DNA of 62,679 bases, the filler included, from a bacterium (lineage in GTDB: Bacteria; JALSQH01), in NCBI GenBank assembly GCA_027004335.1. It is 12 parts of 12 records of this genome, joined end to end, with 100 filler letters (N's around TTAATTAATTAA, not from the genome) between each part and the next. Parts side by side here need not be neighbours in the genome. Positions count along the whole stretch, not along the records: positions 18,968 to 28,239 come from JALTID010000155.1; positions 28,340 to 31,450 come from JALTID010000156.1; 10 more parts are not named here. The stretch is one strand, 5' to 3'. The translations under genes and the position numbers were made by a program. Below are positions 19,546 to 29,998 of the stretch, piece after piece. The notes beneath the pieces were generated by a model. The model saw only the letters and a list, made by a program, of their open reading frames with translations. It had not been told where the DNA came from and did not search any database. The stretch's first letter is position 1. Each line of letters opens with the position of its first letter.

Positions 19546-20574
19546 ATGGATGATGTAATAAGAAAAAAAGCTATCAAGGACCTTATTCCATTTATAGAAA
19601 TAAGCAAAGCTCTTACATCCACCCTGAATCCAAGGGAAGTTCTTGAAATTATTATGAAAGAAATCAGTGAGCTTTTCAAACCTAAAAATTGGTCACTTCT
19701 TCTTATAGATGAAGAAAAAAAAGAGCTTTATTTTGAAATAGCAATAGGTCCTGATTCCGACAAACTTAAAAGAATAAGACTCAAAATTGGCGAAGGCATT
19801 GCAGGATGGGTTGCAAAACATGGTGAACCAGTAATAACGAATAACCCTTACAATGACCACAGGTTCACTCAAGAAGTTGATAAAACCATTAAATTTAAAA
19901 CCCAATCCATTATTGCAGTCCCGCTAAAAAGTAAGGGTAAAATCCTCGGTGTAATTGAACTCATTAATGAACTTGATGAAAACAAATTCACCAAGGATGA
20001 TCTTATCCTCTTACAGACCTTTACTGACTTTGCCGCTATTGCTATTGAAAACGCAAGGTCCGTAGAGAAAATTAAGGAATTAACAATAAAAGATGATGTA
20101 ACAAAATTATATAACGCCAGATTTCTCCATGAAGCTCTGGATAAGGAAGTAAGCAGGGCACGAAGACATGCAAGAAAACTCTCAATTATTTTTATTGATA
20201 TTGACCATTTTAAAAATGTTAATGACACATATGGCCACCTTGTGGGAAGCAAAGTTCTATCTGAATTTGGTAACCTTATTAAAGATTCTTTAAGAAATAT
20301 TGACATTCCTACAAGATATGGGGGGGATGAGTATGTAATTATCTTACCTGAAACGGATAAGAAAGGGGCTTTAAGAGTAGCCCATAGACTTAGAAACAAA
20401 TTAAAACAGCATGTATTTATGGAAGAAGAAGGGTATCACATAAAAATCACTGCAAGTTTTGGAATTTCTTCCTACCCCGATGATGCTCTTGAAAAACTTG
20501 ATCTGTTAAGACTGGCAGATAATGCAATGTATCGAGTTAAAGAAACCACTAGAGACGGAATTCAAACAGCATAA
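19546..20574 (+). CDS. GAF-GGDEF diguanylate cyclase
   Basis: GEGIAGWV GAF; DIDHFK.VND.YGH..G; RNID I-site; RYGGDEY. Confidence 0.95.
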   Translation: MDDVIRKKAIKDLIPFIEISKALTSTLNPREVLEIIMKEISELFKPKNWSLLLIDEEKKELYFEIAIGPDSDKLKRIRLKIGEGIAGWVAKHGEPVITNNPYNDHRFTQEVDKTIKFKTQSIIAVPLKSKGKILGVIELINELDENKFTKDDLILLQTFTDFAAIAIENARSVEKIKELTIKDDVTKLYNARFLHEALDKEVSRARRHARKLSIIFIDIDHFKNVNDTYGHLVGSKVLSEFGNLIKDSLRNIDIPTRYGGDEYVIILPETDKKGALRVAHRLRNKLKQHVFMEEEGYHIKITASFGISSYPDDALEKLDLLRLADNAMYRVKETTRDGIQTA

Positions 20575-20587
20575 AAGGAGGTGCAAC

Positions 20588-21601
20588 ATGATACTTGTTC
20601 TTAGAAAAGATGCCACGAGTGAACAAATTAAAAAATTAAAAGAAAAAATCACGGGCCTTGGGTTCAAAATCCACGAATCTACCGGGGAAGAAAGAACCAT
20701 TTTGGGAATAATAGGAGGAAATGTAAACATTCTTCAGGAACTTGGTATAGAAACATACCCTGGAGTTGAGAAAGTTATAAGGGTTTTGAAACCCTATAAG
20801 TTAGTCAGCAGGGATTTCCATCCTGAGAACACTGTAATAGAGATAAATGGAGTGAGAGTTGGTGGGAATAATTTTACTGTCATCGCTGGCCCCTGCTCTG
20901 TGGAAAGCGAGGAACAGATCATTGAAGTAGCAAAAGCTGTAAAAAAAGCTGGTGCGCATATGTTAAGGGGAGGGGCCTTTAAGCCCAGGACCTCCCCATA
21001 TTCATTCAGAGGTCTAGAGAAGGAAGGAATCAGGCTTCTTCTTACCGCAAAAAAAGAAACAGGGTTACCCATAGTAACAGAATTAATGGATCCAAGAGAT
21101 ATAGATCTCTTTGAAGAGATGGATGTAATTCAAATTGGAACAAGAAATATGCAAAACTACAGATTACTCACAGAAGTTGGTAAACTAAACAAGCCCGTAA
21201 TTCTAAAGAGAGGTTACGCAGCCACTATTGAGGAATGGCTTTTAGCTGCTGAATATATTGCATCAGAGGGAAACAATAAAATAATCCTCTGTGAGAGAGG
21301 TGTAAGAACTTTTGAGACGGCTACAAGGAATACCATGGATATAAGTGCTATACCACTTGTGAAAGAATTGAGTCATTTACCCGTCATCGCTGATCCCTCT
21401 CACGGAACGGGAAGATGGGATCTCGTAGAACCCATGGCCCTTGCCTCTCTATCAGCAGGGGCAGATGGTCTCATCATAGAAGTCCACAACAACCCATTTG
21501 AAGCGTTAAGTGACGGACCACAATCCCTAAAACCCAAAAAATTTGGCAAGTTGATGGAAAAAATAAAACAACTGGCTCCTCTTTTAGGAAAGGAAATCTA
21601 A
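20588..21601 (+). CDS. aroF: DAHP synthase class I-beta with N-terminal regulatory domain
   Basis: AAGGAGG RBS; IAGPCSVE, RGGAFKPRTSPYSF, DPSHGTG, SDGPQSL. Confidence 0.96.
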   Translation: MILVLRKDATSEQIKKLKEKITGLGFKIHESTGEERTILGIIGGNVNILQELGIETYPGVEKVIRVLKPYKLVSRDFHPENTVIEINGVRVGGNNFTVIAGPCSVESEEQIIEVAKAVKKAGAHMLRGGAFKPRTSPYSFRGLEKEGIRLLLTAKKETGLPIVTELMDPRDIDLFEEMDVIQIGTRNMQNYRLLTEVGKLNKPVILKRGYAATIEEWLLAAEYIASEGNNKIILCERGVRTFETATRNTMDISAIPLVKELSHLPVIADPSHGTGRWDLVEPMALASLSAGADGLIIEVHNNPFEALSDGPQSLKPKKFGKLMEKIKQLAPLLGKEI

Positions 21602-23331
21602 ATATCACGATAAGTGTTTGTGATCGGCATTCTCCTATCTTTTCCAAAAGCTCGGACAGTAATTTTAATACCTGGCGCCCCCTGTCTCCTTTTATACTCA
21701 TTTTTATCCACTGTAATTATCACTTTTTTAACAATCTCTGGATCCAGCCCTTTTGCCACGATTTCCTCAAAACTCTTATCCTCTTCAATATAAGCAACAA
21801 GAATCTCATCTAAGATCTCATAAGGAGGGAGAGTATCCTCATCCTTCTGGTCAGGCCGAAGTTCTGCTGAAGGAGGTCTTTCAATTACTGATTCTGGGAT
21901 CATCTCACTTCCCTTACTATCATTCACAAATCTTGACAGAGCATAAACCCGGGTCTTCAAAACATCCTTCAGAACATTAAAACCACCTACCATATCTCCG
22001 TAGAGAGTGCAATATCCCATACTTAATTCACTCTTATTCCCGGTGGAGAGAACTAAGTATCCAAATTTATTTGAAAGAGCCATCAGGATCATTCCTCTTA
22101 TTCTCGCCTGGATATTTTCTTCCGTTATATCCCATTCTCTCCCTTTAAAATTAGGCGCTAACTCCCCCAAATACGCATTAAAAATATTCTCAACGGGGAT
22201 TTCGTAAAATTCTATGCCGAGATTCTCTGCGAGTTTTCTGGCATCCGATTTAGTACCTGTGGAAGTAAATCTTGAAGGCATAGAGACTCCTACAACATTT
22301 TCCCTGCCAAGAGCTTCCACAGCAACTACAGCTGTAAGTGATGAATCTATACCTCCACTGAGACCAATGATTACCTTTTCAAAACCGTTTTTTCGGACAT
22401 AATCCCTGACACCAGTTACAAGAGCTTTATATATCCTCTCAACAGAAGGAGTATCCACAACTATTTGTTGGTGGGGTATAGACTTCTTTTCTACATCCCA
22501 TTTTTCTGCCATATAAATATCAACCTTTACATTTTCCTCATCAACACATACAATTTTCCTTCTCCTTGGATCATGTAGCCTCGATCTGAATATCTCACCC
22601 GGATTGATATCAACCATCTCAAATGCTTCTTCAAAAGGGGGCATCTCCATCACCACTCTCCCTGCAGGATCAAAAACAAAACTGTTACCATCAAACACCA
22701 GTTCATCCTGACCACCTACAAGATTTACATAAATCAGATAAACCCCATAATCACTCGCTCTGGTAGCAAGCATTCTCTTTCTTTTTTCTTCCTTATGAAT
22801 TTCATAGGGGGAAGAGGAAATATTAACTAATATCTGGGCATTCCCCACAAGAGCCTGATAATAGCCCGGACCATTGGGATACCAAACATCCTCACAGATG
22901 TTTACTCCAATTTTTACATTCCCAATTGAAAAAATAGCATTATGCGTTCCCCTCTTAAAATATCTGTTCTCATCAAAAACTCCATAGTTAGGAAGAAGCT
23001 GTTTATGATATGTATAAATTACCCTTCCCCTCTGGGCTATTGCGGCAGCATTGTAAATATCATCTCCGTCATAATCAACAAAACCTATAACTGCTATAGT
23101 TTCTTCCACAAGTTCTACAATCTCGTTTAAGGTCTTAAGGTTATTTTTTATAAAATTGGGCTTGAGAAGAAGATCCTCCGGGGGGTACCCCGGTACAACA
23201 AGCTCGGGAAAAACAACAACATCGGCTTCCTTTTCTCTGGCTCTTTCATAATAATCCAAAATAAGATCCCTGTTTCCGTTAAGATTCCCCACTGTGGGAT
23301 TAACTTGTGCTATTGCTATTCTTACTGTCAT
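21598..23331 (-). CDS. nadE: Glutamine-dependent NAD+ synthetase
   Basis: Nitrilase domain (FPEL, K.LLPNYGVFDE, ICED) plus SGGIDS, ENIQARIR, TGNKSE, PSAELRPDQ.D. Confidence 0.97.
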   Translation of the reverse strand: MTVRIAIAQVNPTVGNLNGNRDLILDYYERAREKEADVVVFPELVVPGYPPEDLLLKPNFIKNNLKTLNEIVELVEETIAVIGFVDYDGDDIYNAAAIAQRGRVIYTYHKQLLPNYGVFDENRYFKRGTHNAIFSIGNVKIGVNICEDVWYPNGPGYYQALVGNAQILVNISSSPYEIHKEEKRKRMLATRASDYGVYLIYVNLVGGQDELVFDGNSFVFDPAGRVVMEMPPFEEAFEMVDINPGEIFRSRLHDPRRRKIVCVDEENVKVDIYMAEKWDVEKKSIPHQQIVVDTPSVERIYKALVTGVRDYVRKNGFEKVIIGLSGGIDSSLTAVVAVEALGRENVVGVSMPSRFTSTGTKSDARKLAENLGIEFYEIPVENIFNAYLGELAPNFKGREWDITEENIQARIRGMILMALSNKFGYLVLSTGNKSELSMGYCTLYGDMVGGFNVLKDVLKTRVYALSRFVNDSKGSEMIPESVIERPPSAELRPDQKDEDTLPPYEILDEILVAYIEEDKSFEEIVAKGLDPEIVKKVIITVDKNEYKRRQGAPGIKITVRAFGKDRRMPITNTYRDI

Positions 23332-23405
23332 ATTTCCTCCAGCAAAATTGATTCAAAACTATTTTTAATATCAAAAGTCGTTTGCTTCTCATTGAAGGTT
23401 AATTT

Positions 23406-24248
23406 CTAACTCATACCATTTATCCTATAACAATTGTACTTTCCATCAAGATTGAGACCCATTGTAAGTGTTACCTTTTTATGAAGAGGGTTATAAGTCC
23501 TTATTTTTACAGCATTTTTAGCAGGCTCCAGCAACAAATTTGAAACAATTATATCTTTCCTGTTAAGAGAATAAAAACTCTTTCTTTTACGGATAATTAC
23601 ACCACCGGGAAGATGACACAAATAGTTTTCTCCACTTAACCCGGTTTCAAATCTCGCAGTCCATAATAGATGAAGTGGGAGACCCGACTCATCCTTAGAA
23701 AAAATACCTGTTACAAACTGCAGATAGGGATAACCTGGAAATACCCAAGTTGTTCCCACAAGGTTAAATTTCTCACCCTGAAGATTCCCCTCTTTAAAAA
23801 TTAAGCTTCTAACTCCTCCCGCAGGAAGAGAAAAGCTAAAAACAAACTCTCCGGTTTTCACTGTACCATCAGGATAATATTCATCCGGGAATAATTCTCC
23901 AGCTCCATCTTTATTTTTAAAATAGAGAGAAACATAACCCTGCTTTAAACTAACGGGAACACTTCCTGTATGTACTATCTCAAGAGACTTTTCTCTCAGT
24001 GAAGAAACAACAGATAACTGCTCCTGAGAATAAACTTCAGATGTCCCAGTTCCAGTTATCCACTCATGATGATCACCGAGTACACCATTTCGCCGTGTAT
24101 TTTTTATTTCATCAAAAACTGAAATAAGGGAATTTTTAATTTTCTCTTTATCCGTTCAACTTCCTCCTTTCTACCGCAACTGTCTTCAAAACAAGAAAAG
24201 AAAAAGCCCCGAAAGAAGTAAAAATTCAACAAATTCTCTTCTATCCAC
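23406..24248 (-). pseudogene. Collapsed tandem paralogue of the upstream GH38 gene
   Basis: Pieces match the 912-aa neighbour in order: VDRREF.. / FEDSCG..KIP, DHHEWITGT, FPDEYYPDGTVKTG, RFETGLSGE...HLPGG..RKRKSFYS, YNPLH; contains frameshifts and large deletions. Confidence 0.88.
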
Positions 24249-26979
24249 TACTTTCCCCCTTTGTTTCCTCAAATAGAAAAGATTCCAGCGGGTTGCTTAG
24301 CTGAAATTCACCATATTCTGAAAAATTTCCAACATCCTCAAGTTTTTCCTCTCTTCCATTAACCTTAAAGATCTTAAATTTGCCCTCCAGGCCCAATCTA
24401 AATTTAATTTTTTCTTTCAAATGAAACGGATTGTAAAATTCTGCCACAATACCTCTATATCTTAAACTATTACGCAGGAGTACAAGAAAATCTTTTTGAT
24501 CTAACGAAAAAAATGTTTTTTCTCCCTCAGCTTTTGAAGAAATCACTTCACCCATGACTCCATTTTCAAAATAAAAACCATACCTCAGCATATCTTCATT
24601 ACTCAGGCTCTCGGCAGGGTAAAGAAGATATCTGCTTCTATATCCATTCTTTTCTTCGCACCATGCTCCTAAATTAGCGCATTCTTCAAGTTTTGCATTT
24701 CTCAGGAGAACCGCCTCTATTACACCATCCTTATCCACCCTCCATGCTCTGTTACCAGCAGAAGCAAAAAGAACATCAGGCATATTCTCCGAATATAGTT
24801 TCAGCCATCCTTCCACCGGCCAGTAGGTTGGGGAATAGAAACTTTCCCTTTTTCTCTCATAAACACCACCGGGCAGATGGGCTAAAAATTTATCACCAGC
24901 AAGAGCAGTTTCAAATCTTGAGACCCATGCTACATGCTCGGGAAGATCTCCCTCCGGTGTTATCTCTGTCTCAAAAAGAAGCAGAGGAGAATCAGGAAAA
25001 AACCAGATAATTTTTTCTACAGAAAAACCTTCATATTTCCCGTTGTATTTTACCCCCCAACGAAAAGGCTGTTGGTCCAGAATTTCAAACTGTGTCTCTG
25101 ATGGAGTTGCTGGAATAGAAGTATAATCCCCACATGGCAATTCCATTCCCATTCTGTAAGGACCACCATTATCCTTATAAAGAAGAAGCTGATTTCCTCT
25201 TGCATTAAATATCAACTTCTTTGATTGAAAAGATAATTCAATTATATCACCAGTAGATTTCTCAATCTGCACAGGATCATAATAGGCAGTTCTCACCTCA
25301 ATATAATCACCATAGTCCCCCTCCACAACAAAGGGTGAAGTGTTAATATCAACATTATTCAACCTTATTATTTTCATGGTTCCACCAGTGATGGATAAAT
25401 CAACAACAAGCTTCCCACTTTTTACATTACCATCAGAATATATCTCATCCGGAAAGACTTGACCTTTACCTCTCTCCTCTATAAAACCAGGACTCTGATA
25501 CTTATCTGGAAGGGTCACATCAATTTCATCATAATATCTCACATCAAAAGGAAAGGGATTTAATATCACCAGCGTAGGATCACCCTCCTCCGAATTGATA
25601 TAAGATCTTATAATTTTTCCTGCTAATTGATTTGACTCAGCTTTCAGTTTCTCTCCATCCGGGAGTTGTTCACCATAATATACAGCAGGAACGCTTGTTC
25701 CCGGGATCCAGTCATGATGATCAATCAAAACCGCCTGCTCCCAGATGCTTTTTATTTCTCCATAAAAATCTTCTTTGTTTTCAAAGGTAGAAAAAACATT
25801 TACCATTTCAGCGGCAGTCAAGTTTTCTGTAATAACAGTAGAATGTTCTTTCAAAACAGGATGATACGAGTAGAAACCTGTCCACAATGGATTTAAATCC
25901 GCTTGAAAAACTGGAATATTTTTTTCGTCACTTTCAGCCATCTTCATAAAATCAGCAAAGGTGGCAGTTACAGCATAGACCCCTGTCTCTCTATATCTTC
26001 TTCTATTCCACAGATCAGCATACTCTGCAAGATGAATATGAGGCGATTGAAAATCACATCCCACGGGGACAAAAAGATATTTTCTATTTTTAGAAAAGGG
26101 GGCAAGGTCATTTATATAACCTTCTATTCTTTTCAGGATAAGATCCTCATTATTTGAATCATCCGTCAATCTTGCACCGGGAAGTGTCACGGGAGAAACA
26201 GAATCAATATCATCACCCTGACAGTATGTAAGAGGCATCCAGTATGCAAGTACTTTACCACCCCCCGGACCCACCCATCGAAAAAGAGATATTCCATCTT
26301 TTAAAAAATATTCTCCATGAGAACCTTTTCTATATCCTGAATCTCCATACAATTTTTCCATAATACCCTTTAATTCCCATGACATAAAAGCCGTTGCCCC
26401 ATCAATTCTTGAGAATCCCACATATTTATACCCCAGATATGAAAGGATATCTGGAAGGGTCGCTGAATGACCAAAACTATCAGGCTGCCATGCAGCTATG
26501 GGGAAGCCACCAAGATTCTCATTAACCCACAAATTCCCCAGCACCCAATCCATGATAAGCATATCCGGGGTAGGAAGTAGAGTATCAGGACTGGTAAACC
26601 CACCCCCCACAATCTGAAGACGGTTCTCCCTGTAATATTTCAACATCTCCTCCCTCTTCTCAGGATGGTCATCCCAATACCTTTTTAAAAAAGCGATCTC
26701 ACAAATGGAATATGTATTCTTATTGTTATATCTTAAATGTACAAGAGAATCATTTATTATTCCCTCCACATTTTCTCTATAATATCCATCAAAGGTTTTC
26801 TGCCAGTTAATATCCCAGTGGGAAGATTGTGAGAGAACAAGAACTTTTTGGGCACCTGCTGGAATCCCAAGAGATTGCTTCAGATTCTCGCTTTCCTTAC
26901 TACCACAGCCATTTTCAAAACCCAAGAAAACAATAGCACCTGTAGATATGAGAAAATTTAAAAAATCTCTCCTATTCAT
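24241..26979 (-). CDS. GH38 alpha-mannosidase-like protein with Tat (probably lipoprotein) signal
   Basis: NRRDFL Tat motif then Cys; SHWDINW, WQPDSFGHS nucleophile, GCDF, HHDWIPGTS. Confidence 0.85.
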   Translation of the reverse strand: MNRRDFLNFLISTGAIVFLGFENGCGSKESENLKQSLGIPAGAQKVLVLSQSSHWDINWQKTFDGYYRENVEGIINDSLVHLRYNNKNTYSICEIAFLKRYWDDHPEKREEMLKYYRENRLQIVGGGFTSPDTLLPTPDMLIMDWVLGNLWVNENLGGFPIAAWQPDSFGHSATLPDILSYLGYKYVGFSRIDGATAFMSWELKGIMEKLYGDSGYRKGSHGEYFLKDGISLFRWVGPGGGKVLAYWMPLTYCQGDDIDSVSPVTLPGARLTDDSNNEDLILKRIEGYINDLAPFSKNRKYLFVPVGCDFQSPHIHLAEYADLWNRRRYRETGVYAVTATFADFMKMAESDEKNIPVFQADLNPLWTGFYSYHPVLKEHSTVITENLTAAEMVNVFSTFENKEDFYGEIKSIWEQAVLIDHHDWIPGTSVPAVYYGEQLPDGEKLKAESNQLAGKIIRSYINSEEGDPTLVILNPFPFDVRYYDEIDVTLPDKYQSPGFIEERGKGQVFPDEIYSDGNVKSGKLVVDLSITGGTMKIIRLNNVDINTSPFVVEGDYGDYIEVRTAYYDPVQIEKSTGDIIELSFQSKKLIFNARGNQLLLYKDNGGPYRMGMELPCGDYTSIPATPSETQFEILDQQPFRWGVKYNGKYEGFSVEKIIWFFPDSPLLLFETEITPEGDLPEHVAWVSRFETALAGDKFLAHLPGGVYERKRESFYSPTYWPVEGWLKLYSENMPDVLFASAGNRAWRVDKDGVIEAVLLRNAKLEECANLGAWCEEKNGYRSRYLLYPAESLSNEDMLRYGFYFENGVMGEVISSKAEGEKTFFSLDQKDFLVLLRNSLRYRGIVAEFYNPFHLKEKIKFRLGLEGKFKIFKVNGREEKLEDVGNFSEYGEFQLSNPLESFLFEETKGESSG

Positions 26980-28239
26980 TACTAATACCTCCTTTTCTCA
27001 GTTCTGCCGAAAGGAAAAATTCTTCACCTTTACATTCATATTTTACCTCAACACCGGGAACCCACACAATTTCACCTTCAGAATTCAGAATCACAGGTAA
27101 CAATTTCCTCGTTATCTTCCCAATTTTTTTATTAGCAAAAATATCTTTGAGTTTTTTTTCAATCACTCTATGACCATATCTGATTTTCATTCTATCTCCC
27201 GGAGAATAACGCCTGATTGTTAACATGCCATCCTTAAAACAATCTTTTTTAATACCCTGGACAAATCCATCTTTCAGAGGATCCATAGAAGCATTAATCT
27301 GCCACAGCTCAAGTTTCAATGAGTCAGGAATCTTAATTGAGATACTCTCCTCCATCAAAAGGTATTTAAAACTTCCTGGACAGATAAGGAGAAAATCAAA
27401 AAATGTAAAGACCGTAACTTTCCTGAAAAAATCTCTATAAAATTCCCTGCCACCTCCTAACAACTCATCAATTTGATTTACAAATTCAAAATTTCCTCCT
27501 CCCTCAAGCCCCACTCTGGATGCGAGATCCCTTAAAATTTCACCCTTTTCAAAGAAACTTAATCCCCTCAAGCAATCAATTTTACAACCATAACATCCCC
27601 ATCCATATCTCCGGCAATTCTCCTTCATTAAAGAATGAATATGATGCCTGAGAAATTTTTCAGTCTCATAAAAAAGAAGATACTGCGCCTCTCCTATCTT
27701 TCTATATAAATCATAACCCAGTTTAGATGAAATATACGGGATTATATCAAGTCTAATCAAATTCCTCGTATACCTTTTTGAAAAATTGGTACGATCTAGA
27801 CGAAAAGGAATATTTTTCTCATTGAGGAACTTGATAATCTCCTCTTTCTTAATGACTAACATTGGTCTCACTATTTTCCCCCTTATCGGGGGTATGCCAA
27901 TGAGTCCCTTTAAGCCTGCCCCCCTAAAAAAATTAAAAATAACTGTTTCAACATTATCATTCAAATTATGGGCAGTAAAAATATAATCGTAACCATGTTC
28001 AAATTCTTTAAAAAAGCTGTATCTTACTCTCCTCGCCGCTTCTTCAAGGGTCTCACCCTGCCTCTTCAAAGCAGGAACATCCACTTTTCTCCATAACAGG
28101 GCAACGCCATTTTTATATGCCAATTCCCTAACAAACTCTTCATCCAGATCACTTTCTTTGCCTCTTATCCCATGATTAAGATGAATAAGAGTAAGATCAA
28201 AATCCAATTTATCTTTTCTATCCAGCAGATAATAAAATA
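26972..28239 (-). CDS. tilS: tRNA(Ile)-lysidine synthase (5' end cut)
   Basis: HLNHGIRG, EEAARRVRY, TAHNLND.VET, RP.L, D.TN....Y.RN.IR, KKLKDIF...KI. Confidence 0.95.
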
Positions 28240-28339
28240 NNNNNNNNNNNNNNNNNNNNNNNNNNNNNNNNNNNNNNNNNNNNTTAATTAATTAANNNNN
28301 NNNNNNNNNNNNNNNNNNNNNNNNNNNNNNNNNNNNNNN
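28240..28339. other. Artificial contig-joining spacer
   Basis: N44-TTAATTAATTAA-N44. Confidence 0.98.
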
Positions 28340-28441
28340 CGTAAGATTCAGGGATCATCTGATGCCACAGATGCTCTTGCAATTGCTCTATGCCATTATT
28401 ACATAACAAAAGAGATGGAGAAGTATGCTGGGCTTTCTTAG
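28340..28441 (+). CDS. ruvC: Holliday junction resolvase, C-terminal fragment
   Basis: Manual translation SDATDALAIALCH directly upstream of ruvA. Confidence 0.88.
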   Translation, partial: RKIQGSSDATDALAIALCHYYITKEMEKYAGLS

Positions 28442-29021
28442 AGGGAGAATACTTGAAAAAGAAAAGGGAAAACTATTAATTGATGTAGGTGGGATCGGAT
28501 TTGAGGTATATGTTCCACAGAGACTTGAAGAAGAGCCTGAAGTTGAAGAGGGAGACAGCATATCGCTTTATATCCATACACATTTTTATTCTCAGGAATT
28601 AAAAATTCAGTTCTTTGGATTCAAAAGCAAAGAAGAGAGAGATCTTTTCAGAGTGCTGGTCAATGTCCCCAGTGTGGGAACAAAATTGGCACTTTCTATT
28701 CTTTCAACCTTTTCATTCCCAGAACTGGCTGGTATAATTTTAAGTGGAGATGCTAACTCTTTGGTGCGAGCAAGAGGGGTAGGGAGAAAAATGGCGGAAA
28801 TGTTGATTGTTGAACTCAAAGATAAAATGAAAAACATCACAGTAGAGGACATGAAAAGTTTTTCTATCTTGAACGATGTAACCAGTGCTCTTGTATCTCT
28901 TGATTATGGTGAAGGAGAAGCAAGGAAGCTGGCCAAAAAAGCTCTGGAACTTTTAGGGGACAATGCCACACTTGAAGAACTTATTGCAAAAGCACTTTCA
29001 CTAAGCAGGCAGAGAAGATGA
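28425..29021 (+). CDS. ruvA: Holliday junction branch migration protein
   Basis: G.LRG, DVGGIGFEV, two HhH motifs (VPSVG.KLA, GVGRK.AE...ELKDK). Confidence 0.96.
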   Translation: MLGFLRGRILEKEKGKLLIDVGGIGFEVYVPQRLEEEPEVEEGDSISLYIHTHFYSQELKIQFFGFKSKEERDLFRVLVNVPSVGTKLALSILSTFSFPELAGIILSGDANSLVRARGVGRKMAEMLIVELKDKMKNITVEDMKSFSILNDVTSALVSLDYGEGEARKLAKKALELLGDNATLEELIAKALSLSRQRR

Positions 29022-29998
29022 ATGAATTTAAAGAAATTCGCCCGACAACATTCAATGAATATATTGGTCAGGAGGACCTCAAAAGAAACTTAAAAATTGC
29101 AATAGAAGCTGCTCTTCGAAGAAGAGAACCCCTTGAACATAGTCTCTTTTATGGTCCACCAGGTCTCGGGAAAACCACCCTTGCTGCCGTTATCGCCAAC
29201 GAAATGGGGGTAAACATAATTGTAACTGCTGCTCCAGCAATATCCCAGAAAAAAGATCTTGCCGCACTTCTAACATCAATAGAAGAAAATGGCTCAGTAA
29301 TATTCATAGATGAAATCCATCGTCTTCCCAAGGCAGTAGAAGAAATGCTCTACGCGGCCATGGAAGACTTTACTTTACACATAATGATAGGCGAAGGAGC
29401 TGGAGCACGCCCGATAAGTATAAGATTACCAATGTTTACTCTCATTGGTGCTACTACAAGGGCAGGTAAGGTCAGTCCTCCCCTCAGAGATAGGTTCGGA
29501 ATGATCTTCAGGCTGGATTATTACAAAACGGGTGATCTAATTAAGATAATCAGAAGGACTGCTAACATTATAAATGTTGAAGTAACTAAAGATGGCGCAA
29601 AACTGATAGCTGAAAGAGCCAAGGGTACACCAAGAATTGCCAATAAGCTTTTGAAAAGAGTGAGGGATTTTGCACAAATACACAGCAACAACAGAATTAA
29701 CGGAGAAATTGCTCTGAGGGCATTCCGCAATTTAGGTATTGACGAATTAGGATTGAGTAAAGAAGATAGGGAATATCTAATTATGCTTATCAAAAAATTT
29801 GAAGGGGGACCTGTGGGAATTGACTCAATCTCAACCGCCCTTAATGAGGAAAAAGATACTGTTGAAGATGTGATAGAACCCTATCTGATAAGGATTGGCC
29901 TCATTAAAAGAACAAAAAAGGGAAGAGTTGCAACCGGGAATAGCTATCGCTATCTCGGATTAACAAAAACGCCGCAGAGGAAACTTTTTGATGAATAA
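29018..29998 (+). CDS. ruvB: Holliday junction branch migration helicase
   Basis: GPPGLGKTTLA, FIDEIHRL, GATTRAG, LRDRFG, GTPRIAN.LL.RVRDFA. Confidence 0.98.
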   Translation: MNEFKEIRPTTFNEYIGQEDLKRNLKIAIEAALRRREPLEHSLFYGPPGLGKTTLAAVIANEMGVNIIVTAAPAISQKKDLAALLTSIEENGSVIFIDEIHRLPKAVEEMLYAAMEDFTLHIMIGEGAGARPISIRLPMFTLIGATTRAGKVSPPLRDRFGMIFRLDYYKTGDLIKIIRRTANIINVEVTKDGAKLIAERAKGTPRIANKLLKRVRDFAQIHSNNRINGEIALRAFRNLGIDELGLSKEDREYLIMLIKKFEGGPVGIDSISTALNEEKDTVEDVIEPYLIRIGLIKRTKKGRVATGNSYRYLGLTKTPQRKLFDE

